From: Eledone cirrhosa
Taxonomy: Eukaryota
Assembly (NCBI GenBank): GCA_964016885.1
Contig: OZ024743.1
Span: 367,412,001 to 367,476,000 of the forward strand
Length of the DNA stretch: 64,000 bases
Direction: 5' to 3'
Part shown: one piece after another, positions 38,701 to 52,954 of the stretch
Layout of the letters: each line of letters opens with the position of its first letter
How positions within the stretch are numbered: position 1 is the first letter of the stretch
The notes under the pieces: model-generated
The model's database searches: none
Seen by the model: only the letters and a program-made list of their open reading frames with translations
Told to the model about the DNA's origin: nothing
Made by a program: the position numbers and the translations under genes

Positions 38701-41700
38701 GTCATATATACAGTCTGGCAGCAATTGGACTAATGTCATAAATTTAGTCTGACAGTAATTGGACTAATGTCATATATACAGTCTGACAGTAATTGGACTA
38801 ATGTCATATATACAGTCTGGCAGCAATTGAACTAATGTCATAAATTTAGTCTGAGAGTAATTGGACTAATGTCATATATACAGTCTGGCAGCAATTGGAC
38901 TAATGTCATAAATTTAGTCTGACAGTAATGGGACTAATGTCATATATACAGTCTGGCAGTAATGGGACTAATGTCATATATACAGTCTGGCAGAAATTGG
39001 ACTAATGTCATAAATCTAGTCTGACAGTAATTGGACTAATGTCATATATACAGTCTGGCAGTAATGGGACTAATGTCATATATACAGTCTGACAGTAATT
39101 GGACTAATGTCATATATACAGTCTGGCAGTAATTGGACTAATGTCATAAATTTAGTCTGACAGTAATTGGACTAATGTCATATATATAGTCTGACAGTAA
39201 TTGGACTAATGTCATATATACAGTCTGGCAGTAATTGGACTAATGTCATAAATTTAGTCTGACAGTAATTGGACTAATGTCATATATACAGTCTGGCAGT
39301 AATGGGACTAATGTCATATATACAGTCTGGCAGTAATGGGACTAATGTCATATATACAGTCTCGCATTAATGGGATTAATGTCATATATACAGTCTGGCA
39401 GTAATTGGACTAATATCATATATACAGTCTGGCAGCAATTGGACTAATGTCATATATATAGTCTGACAGTAATTGGACTAATGTCATATATATAGTCGTA
39501 CAGTAATTGGACTAATGTCATATATACAGTCTGACAGTAATTGGACTAATGTCATATATACAGTCTGACAGTAATTGGACTAATGTCATATATACAGTCT
39601 GGCAGCAATTGGACTAATGTCATATATACAGTCTGACAGTAATTGGACTAATGTCATATATATAGTCGTACAGTAATTGGACTAATGTCATATATACAGT
39701 CTGACAGTAATTGGACTAATGTCATGTATATAGTCTGACAGTAATTGGACTAATGTCATATATACAGTCTGACAGTAATTGGACTAATGTCATATATACA
39801 GTCTGACAGTAATTGGACTAATGTCATATATACAGTCTGGCAGCAATTGGACTAATGTCATATATACAGTCTGACAGTAATTGGACTAATGTCATATATA
39901 TAATCGTACAGTAATTGGACTAATGTCATATATACAGTCTGACAGTAATTGGACTAATGTCATGTATATAGTCTGACAGTAATTGGACTAATGTCATATA
40001 TTTAGTCTGACAGTAATTGGACTAATGTCATATATACAGTCTGGCAGTAATGGGACTAATGTCATATATACAGTCTGGCAGTAATGGGACTAATGTCATA
40101 CATACAGTCTGGCAATAATTGGACTAATGTCATATATACAGTCTGTCAGTAATTGGATTAATGTCATATATATAGTCTGACAGTAATTGAACTAATGTCA
40201 TATATATAGTCTGAAATTAATTGGATTAATGTCATATATTTAGTCTTACAACAATTGGACTAATGTCATAAATTTAGTCTGACAGTAATTGGACTAATGT
40301 CATATATACAGTCTGGCAGTAATGGGACTAATGTCATATATACAGTCTGACAGTAATTGGATTAATGTCATATATATAGTCTGACAGTAATTGAACTAAT
40401 GTCATATATATAGTCTGAAATTAATTGGATTAATGTCATATATTTAGTCTTACAACAATTGGACTAATGTCATAAATTTAGTCTGACAGTAATTGGACTA
40501 ATGTCATATATACAGTCTGGCAGTAATGGGACTAATGTCATATATATAGTCTGGCAGTAATTGGACTAATGTCATATATACAGTCTGGCAGTAATGGGAC
40601 TAATGTCATATATACAGTCTGACAGTAATTGGACTAATGTCATATATACAGTCTGGCAGTAATGGGACTAATGTCATATATACAGTCTGACAGTAATGGG
40701 ACTAATGTCATATATACAGTCTGGCAGTAATGGGACTAATGTCATATATACAGTCTGACAGTAATTGGACTAATGTCATATATACAGTCTGGCAGTAATG
40801 GGACTAATGTCATATATACAGTCTGGCGGCAATTGGACTAATGTCATATATACAGTCTGACAGTAATTGGACTAATGTCATATATACAGTCTGGCAGTAA
40901 TTGGACTAATGTCATATATACAGTCTGACAGTAATTGGACTAATGTCATATATATAGTCGGACAGTAATTGGACTAATGTCATATATACAGTCTGGCAGT
41001 AATGGGACTAATGTCATATATACAGTCTGACAGTAATTGGACTAATGTCATATATATAGTCGGACAGTAATTGGACTAATGTCATATATACAGTCTGGCA
41101 GTAATGGGACTAATGTCATATATACAGTCTGGCAGTAATTGGACTAATGTCATAAATTTAGTCTGACAGTAATTGGACTAATGTCATATATATAGTCTGA
41201 CAGTAATTGGACTAATGTCATATATACAGTCTGACAGTAATTGGACTAATATCATATATACAGTCTGGCAGTAATTGGACTAATGTCATAAATTTAGTCT
41301 GACAGTAATTGGACTAAAGTCATATATACAGTCTGACAGTAATTGGACTAATGTCATATATACAGTCTGGCAGTAATGGGACTAATGTCATATATACAGT
41401 CTGGCAGTAATGGGACTAATGTCATATATACAGTCTGGCAGTAATTGGACTAATGTCATAAATTTAGTCTGACAGTAATTGGACTAATGTCATATATACA
41501 GTCTGACAGTAATTGGACTAATGTCATAAATTTAGTCTGACAGTAATTGGACTAATGTCATATATACAGTCTGACAGTAATTGGACTAATGTCATATATA
41601 CAGTCTGGCAGTAATGGGATTAATGTCATATATACAGTCTGGCAGCAATTGGACTAATGTCATAAATTTAGTCTGACAGTAATTGGACTAATGTCATATA

Positions 41701-44700
41701 TACAGTCTGGCAGCAATTGGACTAATGTCATAAATTTAGTCTGACAGTAATTGGACTAATGTCATATATACAGTCTGACAGTAATTGGACTAATGTCATA
41801 AATTTAGTCTGACAGTAATTGGACTAATGTCATATATACAGTCTGACAGTAATTGGACTAATGTCATATATACAGTCTGGCAGTAATGGGATTAATGTCA
41901 TATATACAGTCTGGCAGTAATGGGACTAATGTCATATATACAGTCTGGCAGCAATTGGACTAATGTCATAAATTTAGTCTGACAGTAATTGGACTAATGT
42001 CATATATACAGTCTGGCAGCAATTGGACTAATGTCATAAATTTAGTCTGAGAGTAATTGGACTAATGTCATATATAGAGTCTGGCAGCAATTGGACTAAT
42101 GTCATAAATTTAGTCTGACAGTAATGGGACTAATGTCATATATACAGTCTGGCAGTAATTGGACTAATGTCATATATACAGTCTGACAGTAATTGTTCTA
42201 ATGTCATATATACAGTCTGGCAGCAATTGGACTAATGTCATAAATCTAGTCTGACAGTAATTGGACTAATGTCATATATACAGTCTGGCAGTAATGGGAC
42301 TAATGTCATATATACAGTCTGGCAGTAATTGGACTAATGTCATAAATTTAGTCTGACAGTAATTGGACTAATGTCATATATACAGTCTGACAGTAATTGG
42401 ACTAATGTCATATATACAGTCTGGCAGTAATGGGACTAATGTCATATATACAGTCTGGCAGTAATGGGACTAATGTCATATATACAGTCTCGCAGTAATG
42501 GGACTAATGTCATATATACAGTCTGGCAGTAATTGGACTAATATCATATATACAGTCTGGCAGAAATTGGACTAATGTCATATATACAGTCTGGCAGCAA
42601 TTGGACTAATGTCATATATACAGTCTGACAGTAATTGGACTAATGTCATATATATAGTCTGACAGTAATTGGACTAAAGTCATATATACAGTCTGACAGT
42701 AATTGGACTAATGTCATATATACAGTCTGGCAGTAATGGGACTAATGTCATATATACAGTCTGGCAGTAATGGCACTAATGTCATATATACAGTCTGGCA
42801 GTAATTGGACTAATGTCATAAATTTAGTCTGACAGTAATTGGACTAATGTCATATATACAGTCTGACAGTAATTGGACTAATGTCATAAATTTAGTCTGA
42901 CAGTAATTGGACTAATGTCATATATACAGTCTGACAGTAATTGGACTAATGTCATATATACAGTCTGGCAGTAATGGGATTAATGTCATACATACAGTCT
43001 GGCAGTAATGGGACTAATGTCATATATACAGTCTGGCAGCAATTGGACTAATGTCATAAATTTAGTTTGACAGTAATTGGACTAATGTCATATATACAGT
43101 CTGGCAGCAATTGGACTAATGTCATAAATTTAGTCTGAGAGTAATTGGACTAATGTCATATATACAGTCTGGCAGCAATTGGACTAATGTCATAAATTTA
43201 GTCTGAGAGTAATGGGACTAATGTCATATATACAGTCTGGCAGTAATGGGACTAATGTCATATATACAGTCTGGCAGAAATTGGACTAATGTCATAAATC
43301 TAGTCTGACAGTAATTGGACTAATGTCATATACACAGTTTCACAGTAATTGGACTAATGTCATATATATAGTCTGACAGTAATTGGACTAATGTCATATA
43401 TACAGTCTGGCAGTAATTGGACTAATGTCATAAATTTAGTCTGACAGTAATTGGACTAATGTCATATATACAGTCTGACAGTAATTGGACTAATGTCATA
43501 TATACAGTCTGGCAGTAATGGGACTAATGTCATATATACAGTCTGGCAGTAATGGGACTAATGTCATATATACAGTCTCGCATTAATGGGACTAATGTCA
43601 TATATACAGTCTGGCAGTAATTGGACTAATATCATATATACAGTCTGGCAGCAATTGGACTAATGTCATATATACAGTCTGGCAGCAATTGGACTAATGT
43701 CATATATACAGTCTGACAGTAATTGGACTAATGTCATATATATAGTCGGACAGTAATTGGACTAATGTCATATATACAGTCTGACAGTAATTGGACTAAT
43801 GTCATGTATATAGTCTGACAGTAATTGGACTAATGTCATATATTTAGTCTGACAGTAATTGGACTAATGTCATATATACAGTCTGACAGTAATTGGACTA
43901 ATGTCATATATATAGTCTGACAGTAATTGGACTAATGTGATATATACAGTCTGGCAGTAATTGGACTAATTTCATATATACAGTCAGACAGTAATTGGAC
44001 TAATGTCATATATACAGTCTGACAGTAATTGGACTAATATCATATATATAGTCTGACAGCAACTGGACTAATGTCATATATACAGTCGGACAGTAATTGG
44101 ACTAATATCATATATATAGTCGGACAGTAATTGGACTAATGTCATATACACAGTTTGACAGTAATTGGACTAATGTCATATACACAGTTTGATAGTAATT
44201 GGACTAATGTCATATATACAGTTTGCCAGTAATTGGACTAATGTCATATATACTGTCTGACAGTAATTGAACTAATGTCATATATATAGTCTGACAGTAA
44301 TTGGACTAATGTCATATACACAGTTTGACAGTAATTGGACTAATGTCATATACACAGTTTGACAGTAATTGAACTAATGTCATATATACCGTTTGACAGT
44401 AATTGGACTAATGTCATATATACTGTCTGACAGTAATTGAACTAATATCATATATATAGTCGGACAGTAATTGGACTGATGTCATATACACAGTTTCACA
44501 GTAATTGGACTAATGTCATATATACAGTTTGACAGTAATTGGACTAATGTCATATATATAGTCTGACAGTAATTGGACTAATGTCATATATCCAGTCTTA
44601 CAGTAATTGGACTAATGTCATATATACAGTCTGGCAGTAATTGGACTAATGTCATATATTTAGTCTTACAGTAATTGGACTAATGTTATATATACAGTCT

Positions 44701-47700
44701 GACAGTAATTGGACTAATGTCATATATATAGTCTGACAGTAATTGGACTAATGTGATATATACAGTCAGACAGTAATTGGACTAATGTCATATATACAGT
44801 CTGACAGTAATTGGACTAATGTCATATATACAGTCTGACAGTAATTGGACTAATGTCATATATATAGTCTGACAGTAATTGGACTAATGTCATATATATA
44901 GTCTGACAGTAATTGGACTAATGTCATATATACAGTCTGAGAGTAATTGGAATAATGTCATATATATAGTCTGACAGTAATTGGACTAATGTCATATATT
45001 TAGTCTCACAGTAATTGGACTAATGTCATATATACAGTTTGACAATAATTGGACTAATATCATATATATAGTCTGACAGCAATTGGACTAATGTCATATA
45101 TACAGTCGGACAGTAATTGAACTAATATCATATATATAGTCGGACAGTAATTGGACTAATGTCATATACACAGTTTGACAGTAATTGGACTAATGTCATA
45201 TACACAGTTTGACAGTAATTGGACTAATGTCATATATACAGTTTGCCAGTAATTGGACTAATGTCATATATACTGTCTGACAGTAATTGAACTAATGTCA
45301 TATACACAGTTTGACAGTAATTGAACTAGTGTCATATATACAGTTTGACAGTAATTTGACTAATGTCATATATACTGTCTGACAGTAATTGAACTAATAT
45401 CATATATATATAGTCGGACAGTAATTGGACTAATGTCATATACACAGTTTGACAGTAATTGGACTAATGTCATATATACAGTTTGACAGTAATTGGACTA
45501 ATGTCATATATATAGTCTGACAGTAATTGGACTAATGTCATATATCCAGTCTTACAGTAATTGGACTAATGTCATATATACAGTCTGGCAGTCATTGGAC
45601 TAATGTCATCTATTTAGTCTTACAGTAATTGGACTAATGTTATATATACAGTCTGACAGTAATTGGACTAATGTCATATATATAGTCTGACAGTAATTAG
45701 ACTAATGTGATATATACAGTCAGACAGTAATTGGACTAATGTCATATATACAGTCTGACAGTAATTGGACTAATGTCATATATACAGTCTGACAGTAATT
45801 GGACTAATGTCATATATATAGTCTGACAGTAATTGGACTAATGTCATATATATAGTCTGACAGTAATTGGACTAATGTCATATATACAGTCTGAGAGTAA
45901 TTGGACTAATGTCATATATACAGTCTGACAGTAATTGGACTAATGTCATATATATAGTCGGACAGTAATTGGACTAATGTCATATATACAGTCTGGCAGT
46001 AATTGGACTAATGTCATATATTTAGTCTCACAGTAATTGGACTAATGTCATATATACAGTTTGACAATAATTGGACTAATATCATATATACAGTTTGACA
46101 GTAATTAGACTAATGTCATATACACAGTTTGACAGTAATTGGACAAATGTCATATATACAGTTTGCCAATAATTGGACTAATGTCATATGTACTGTCTGA
46201 CAGTAATAGAACTAATGTCATATATATAGTCTGACAGTAATTGGACTAATGTCATATACATAGTTTGACAGTAATTGGACTAATGTCATATACACAGTTT
46301 GACAGTAATTGGACTAATGTCATATATACAGTTTGACAGTAATTGGACTAATGTCATATATACTGTCTGACAGTAATTGAACTAATATCATATATATAGT
46401 CTGACAGTAATTGGACTAATGTCATATATATAGTCTGGCAGCAATTGGACTAATCTCATATATATAGTCTGACAGTAATTGGACTAATGTCATATATACA
46501 GTCTGACAGTAATTGGACTAATGTCATATATATAGTCTGACATAAATTGGACTAATGTCATATATACAGTCTGACAGTAATTGGACTAATGTTATATATA
46601 TAGTCTGACATAAATTGGACTAATGTCATATATATAGTCTGGCAGCAATTGGACTAATCTCATATATATATAGTCTGGCAGTAATTGGACTAATGTTATA
46701 TATATAGTCTGACAGTCATTGGACTAATGTCATATATACGGTCTGACAGTAATTGAACTAATGTTATATATATAGTCTGGCAGCAATTGGACTAATCTCA
46801 TATATATAGTCTGGCAGTAATTGGACTAATGTCATATATACAGTCTGACAGTAATTGGACTAATGTCATATATATAGTCTGACATAAATTGGACTAATGT
46901 CATATATACAGTCTGACAGTAATTGGACTAATGTTATAAATATAGTCTGACATAAATTGGACTAATGTCATATATATAGTCTGGCAGCAATTGGACTAAT
47001 GTCATATATATAGTCTGGCAGCAATTGGACTAATCTCATATATATAGTCTGGCAGTAATTGGACTAATGTTATATATACAGTCTGACAGTAATTGGACTA
47101 ATGTCATATATACAGTCTGACAGTAATTGGACTAATGTCATATATATAGTCTGCCAGCAATTGGACTAACCTCATATATACAGTCTGACAGTAATTGGAC
47201 TAATGTCATATATACAGTCTGACAGTAATTGGACTAATGTCATATATATAGTCTGGCAGCAATTGGACTAATCTCATATATACAGTCTGACAGTAATTGG
47301 ACTAATGTCATATATATAGTCTGACATAAATTGGACTAATGTCATATATACAGTCTGGCAGTAATTGGACTAATGTTATATATATAGTCTGACATAAATT
47401 GGACTAATGTCATATATATAGTCTGGCAGCAATTGGACTAATGTCATATATATAGTCTGGCAGCAATTGGACTAATCTCATATATATAGTCTGGCAGTAA
47501 TTGGACTAATGTCATATATACAGTCTGACAGTAATTGGACTAATGTCATATATACAGTCTGGCAGTAATTGGACTAATGTTATATATAGAGTCTGACAGT
47601 AATTGGACTAATGTCATATATACAGTCTGAGAGTAATTGGACTAATGTTATATATATATTGTCTGGCAGTAATTGGACTAATCTCATATATACAGTCTGA

Positions 47701-48158
47701 CAGTAATTGGACTAATGTTATATATATAGTCTGGCAGTAATTGGACTAATCTCATATATATAGTCTGGCAGCAATTGGACTAATCTGATATATATATAGT
47801 CTGGCAGTAATTGGACTAATCTCATATATATAGTCTGGCAGCAATTGGACTAATCTCATATATATAGTCTGGCAGCAATTGGACTAATCTCATATATATA
47901 GTCTGGCAGTAATTGGACTAATCTCATATATATAGTCTGGCAGTAATTGGACTAATCTCATATATATAGTCTGGCAGCAATTGGACTAATCTCATATATA
48001 TATTCTGGCAGCAATTGGACTAAACTCCTATATACAGTCTGGCAGCAATTGGACTAATCTCATATATATAGTCTGGCAGCAATTGGACTAACCTCATATA
48101 TATAGTCTGGCAGCAATTGGACTAACCTCATATATATAGTCTGGCAGTAATTGGACTG
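32705..48158. repeat. 34-bp satellite, consensus GGACTAATGTCATATATACAGTCTG[A/G]CAGTAAT[T/G], ~450 units
   Basis: Period measured directly (gtcat at 33241 and 33275); zoned variants. Confidence 0.99.
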
Positions 48159-48251
48159 AAGTTACAGTGAATCTGGAATTGCTAGTTGAAGATAGATATT
48201 CATAAGTATTAAAAATCATCTTTTTAGAGAAATATGTTATGAAACAAGATA

Positions 48252-49302
48252 TCTCTCTCTATATAAAATTCTTTGTCTCTCTGTCTGTCCGTCTTTTCCT
48301 TATGCATTCCCAAATGGCTTGACAAAATGAAATCAACTTTTACACGGTATTAGACCACAGGAGTGACAACATATAATTTTTATTTTCATTTGGATTAAAG
48401 CAATATAACACTTTATCTAAAATAATCTACTATTGACAACTAAAAGTAAACAGATATTTTATGACACAACAGCGACGTCACATTTTGTATATGTGCGTGT
48501 ATGCATCTGTGAGTGTGTGTGTGTGTGCGTTTACACATTAGTTACTTATGTTACACCTTAGTAAGTTACATACACACACATCTTCACGTAAATACATAAT
48601 CAGATACATAGACAAGAGAATTAAACACTCACACACATCTACACATACATATACATAAATGTTTTGCAGCCAGTGTTTCCGATTCAAACGCTGTTTTACA
48701 CACACACAAACACATACACATTTATATAGAATTATCTATATATATGTATAATTTAAAATATTGGAACTTCTATCATGCTTTTGAGAAACATGGACCCACT
48801 ACTTCAATGCAATGACACATGCTTTACAGTCAGGCAGATGAGGAACCATCTCCTAGAGGTCATTATTCTTGGAGGCAATGATCAAGGATAAAATGCATTT
48901 ATACCCAAGATTCACCTCATCCCTTCCTCTACCGAGCTACTATTCAAATTCTCAAGATGTCAGTTCGCTGTTTGAGCCAGTTTTGCTATGACCATACATA
49001 AAGCTCAGGGTCAGAGTCTCAAAGTTGTAGGATTGAATTTGAGAGAATCGGTTTTTACACATGGATAGTTATATGTAGGTTGTTCACGGGTGGGAACACC
49101 TAGAAATCTTCATATGCTACGCACTAACAGTAAAACGAATTTGGTGTATCTGGAAGATTTTTTAGTGTTTTTTGTTTTGTCACACACACCATGGTCTCGC
49201 CTCATACTGTAAATCAGACAAACATCCAATACAGTCATTTTCTATTCTGTCTGTCTTCTCTTATCATCTGTATACCCAGGGAAAGCTGGGTACATCAGCT
49301 AG
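48252..49302 (+). mobile_element. Non-autonomous Helitron (deletion derivative) retaining a helicase fragment
   Basis: Starts A|TCTCTCTCTATATAAAA; 3' hairpin tacccag-ggaaag-ctgggta (49273-49292), then CTAG|T. Confidence 0.9.
48770..49165 (+). pseudogene. Helitron RepHel PIF1-family helicase C-terminus, with stops
   Basis: AFIPKIHLIPS..FKFSRCQFAV*ASFAMTIHKAQGQSLKVVGLNLRESVFTHG*LYVGCSRVG matches PIF1 motifs V/VI. Confidence 0.9.
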
Positions 49303-50222
49303 TGATTTATATGAATTATTTTATGATTTGTAAAATGGCTCTAAGAACATGTATAACTCTGTTCCTTAATGATTTGGTCTGGATATCTTAGTGACTTGAA
49401 AAACACACTACTTACTATATAACTACACATATTACAATAAATAAACAACACATAACGTTATTTAGTTACAGGGAATGGTAAAATGACAGTTTTAGGGGTA
49501 TATTTTTAAAAATATAAAATGAATGAAATTTTTGTTTACATTTTTGATAATTTTTCTGAAAAAAACCCAACTTATTTGCACTATTTTTATCCTTTTCTTA
49601 TGTTATGATATTAAACTATTTTCTGTCAACCATTCATTCCATATCTGTTAAATTCTATAGATTAAATTTATATATTAACTTTTCCAACAAATTATGCTAC
49701 TGTAATTGTTATCATTTCATATAAACATTATTGTTACTAAAAATACTTTTTTCAATGTTACAATGGGCTACACAGATCAATATTTTTACTTGTGTTCCTT
49801 AACAATATCTAAAGTATTTACAACTCTAAAGTATTTACAAGTTGTCATTTTTCTTTATTTTGATTCTTGTTGGCTAATTCACAGGATTTTGGACTTCTGT
49901 CCAACCAATTCTTTCCCCACATATCCATACAAACTGTCAGTAATTTGTGTAGATAAATCTTGATGACCAACAAGTCAAAAATGTCCTCTTAGTTTTGAAC
50001 TTGAACTGATTCTGTCAGGAAATCGTTCTCCATCAATGTTATTCAAGTAGAAGTAAGTGCTCTCCTGTCACCACATATAACAGACTGACAAACATAAGAT
50101 TTCTGAATATTTCATATTTTAATAAACAAGTTGCACCCCATACTTTGTTTTATGTCTGGAGTTGTTCAAAACCACAACCAAATCATTATATTTTTAATGC
50201 CAGATTTTCCATGCTGGTACAG

Positions 50223-50312
50223 GTAGTATTAGTAGTAGTAGTAGTAGTAGCAGCAGCAGCAGTAGTAGTAGTAGTAAAGATAATGATGATTATGATGCTG
50301 ATGATGATGATG

Positions 50313-50364
<52 letters not shown>

Positions 50365-50369
50365 TGATG
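50223..50369. repeat. Compound trinucleotide microsatellite (AGT)n(AGC)n(ATG)n(AAT)n
   Basis: Directly visible. Confidence 0.95.
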
Positions 50370-50370
50370 G

Positions 50371-51465
50371 AATGTTGCTGAACAAAAAGAAATGGATAGG
50401 AAGACTATAGGAAGCTATTGACTATCTACAACATGTTCCACAAAAGGAGTGATGTCGATAGACTCTACTTAAAGAGATCTGAAGGTGGAAGAGGTCTTAT
50501 CAGCATAGAGGACTGTGTTCAGATGGAGAAAAACAACCTGCACAAATACGTGATTGACAGTAGGGAGCCAATGCTCATAATTGTACTGAAGGAGAGGACA
50601 ATAGACCAGGGGATGTCCAAGGAGGAAATAACAACAAGAAGGAAGAGTAACCTTCATGAAAAATCCCTTCATAGTACCTTCTTTGAGAAAACTGAATTTA
50701 GAGATCCACAGACATGGAACTTGTTGAAAAGAGGAGACCTTAAAAAGGCTACAGAAGGAATGCTAATGGCTGCACAAGAGCAGGCCCTCAAAATGAAGTG
50801 GCTGAAACACCATATTTACAAGGAGGAGGCTAGCCCACTGTGTAGGATCTGTGGAGAGAGAGAGAGGAGACTGTGGCTCACATTGTATCTGAGTGTAAAC
50901 ACCTAGCCCAGACTCACTATAAGGGCTGGAGACATGATGTGATGGGCAGGGTGATCCACTGGCACCTATGCAAAGTAAACAATTTACCACATTCTGAGAA
51001 GTGGTATGAGCATAAACCAAAGTCGGTGATGGAAAACGATCAGGTGAAGGTCCTGTGGGATTTTAGGATACAGACGGACAAGAAACTGGAACACAATAGA
51101 CCTGACCTGGTGGTTTTGGACAAAGAAAAAAGATCGTGCCTGATTGTGGATGTGGCCTGCCCATTTGACACGAGAGTGCAAGAGAAGGAGAGGGAGAAAA
51201 TTAACCGATACCAGGACTTAAAGTGGGAGGTAAAAAGTGATCCCGATTGTCATAGGCGCACTGGGGACTATCTCAAAAAGTTTCCAGGGATGGTTAAAGA
51301 AAATTGGCCCCTTCACACTTTTTGGAACGCTTCAAAAGGCATGCTTGCTGGGAACAGCAAGAACCCTCCGATACGTCCTGAATATCTGAGGCTGCAGGTA
51401 GTGGCTTGGTATTCATTTCAACAAACTTTCCAGTTAACTAACATCAATGACTGAGACTCAAAGAG
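50371..51465 (+). mobile_element. R4/Dong-clade (RLE) retrotransposon 3' part, family A
   Basis: RLYLKRSEGGRGL, TEGMLMAAQEQAL, knuckle CRICG..HIVSEC, RHD, RLE motif RPDLVVLDK..IVDVACPFD, LQKACLLGTAR; 3' UTR then (AAT)n. Confidence 0.9.
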
Positions 51466-51524
51466 TAATAACAATAATAATAATAATAATGTCTTGAGAA
51501 TAGAATTAATGTCTTGAGAATAGT

Positions 51525-51925
51525 CCAAAGACCTGACCTAGTGGTTGTGGACAAAGAAAAAAGATCGTGCCTGATTGTAGATGTGGCCTGCCCATTCGAC
51601 ACAAGAGTGCAAGAGAAGGAGAGGGAGAAAATTAACCGATACCAGGACTTAAAGTGGGAGGTAAAACGGATTTGGAACTGCCATGAAGTCAGAGTGATCC
51701 CGATTGTCATAGGCGCACTAGGCACTATCTCAAAAAGTTTCCAGGGATGGTTAAAGAAAATTGGCCCCTTCACGCTTTTTGGAACGCTTCAAAAGGCATG
51801 CTTGCTGGGAACAGCAAGAACCCTCCGATACGTCCTGTATATCTGAGGCTGCAGGTAACGGTTTGATATTCATTTCAACAAACTTTCCAGTTAAATAACA
51901 TCAATGACTGAGACTCAAAGAACAA
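51525..51925 (+). mobile_element. R4/Dong family A, short 5'-truncated copy
   Basis: RPDLVVVDK...LQKACLLGTARTLRYVL, same 3' UTR, (AAT)n. Confidence 0.9.
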
Positions 51926-51984
51926 TAATAATAATAATAATGATGATGATAATAATAATAACAATAACAATAATAATGGTATTA

Positions 51985-52580
51985 GAATAAGCCAGAGTCG
52001 GTGATAGAAAATGATCAAGTGAAGGTGCTATGGGATTTCAGAATACAGACAGACAAGAAATTAGAACACAATAGGCCTGATCTGGTAGTTTTTGATAAGG
52101 AAAAAAGATTGTGCCTGATTGTAGATGTAGCCTGACCCTTTGACACAAGAGTGCCAGAAAAGGAGAAGGAGAAAATTAACCAATACCAGGATTTAAAGAG
52201 GGAATTAGACTTGACCTGGTGGTTTGGGACAAGGGAAAAAGATGTAGCCTGCCCATTCGACACGAGAGTGCAAGAGAAGGAGAGGGAGAAAATTAACCGA
52301 TACCAGGACTTGAAGTGGGAGGTAAAAAGGATTTGGAACTGCCATGAGGTCATAGTGGTCCCGATTGTCATAGGCGCACTAGGTACTATCTCAAAGAGTT
52401 TCCAAGGATGGTTAAAGAAAATTAGTCCTGCCCCGCTTTTTGGAACACTTCAAAAGGCATGCTTGCTGGGAACAGCAAGAACCCTCCGATACATCCTGAA
52501 TATCTGAGGCTGCAGGTAGTGGCTTGATATTCATTTCAACAAACTTTCCAGTTAAATAACATCAATGACTGAGACTCAAA
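51985..52580 (+). mobile_element. R4/Dong family A copy with internal partial duplication
   Basis: RLE segment occurs twice (~51990-52205 and 52206-52507); same 3' UTR. Confidence 0.88.
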
Positions 52581-52599
52581 TAATAATAATAATTATAAT

Positions 52600-52726
52600 A
52601 ATTATTATTATTATTTCTTTATTGGCTACTAGGACTGGAACAAAGAACAATATAAAAACAGGGACAGTGGAGATTTACATAAAAAAGATAACAGGTAACA
52701 ATTAATAACAAATAAATAACAATAGA
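52600..52726 (-). mobile_element. Tx1-like LINE 3' UTR fragment
   Basis: atttctttattggctactag..agggacagtggagatttacataaaa matches 29950-30025; minus-strand AATAAA precedes an (AAT)n tail. Confidence 0.65.
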
Positions 52727-52744
52727 ATTCTCCAATATAATAAT

Positions 52745-52932
52745 TGTTTCTACTTTTGGCACAAGGCCAGCAATTACCCAGTGCATTACTGGCACTTTAT
52801 TTTATCAACCCCGTAAGGATGAAAGGCAAAGTTAACCTCGGTGGGATTTCAACTCAGAATAGCAAGGGATGTAACTCTATGCGTCAAAGCATGGCGTCCG
52901 ACCCTCTACCGATACTGCCAATCCACCAGCAC
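52745..52932 (-). mobile_element. tRNA-derived SINE with 18-bp TSD
   Basis: attctccaatataataat at 52727-52744 and 52933-52950. Confidence 0.92.
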
Positions 52933-52954
52933 ATTCTCCAATATAATAATAAGA

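Noticed and set aside
32705-48158. 34-bp repeat as a CRISPR array
   Set aside because: Monomers are contiguous with no unique spacers, there are no cas genes, and the context is eukaryotic.
48160-48190. gctagt after the satellite as a Helitron 3' end enclosing the array
   Set aside because: No convincing hairpin and no matching 5' TC terminus left of the array.
49870-50070. Possible host exon (ctaattcacag acceptor, DFGL..)
   Set aside because: Frames close quickly and there is no recognisable homology; needs RNA-seq.
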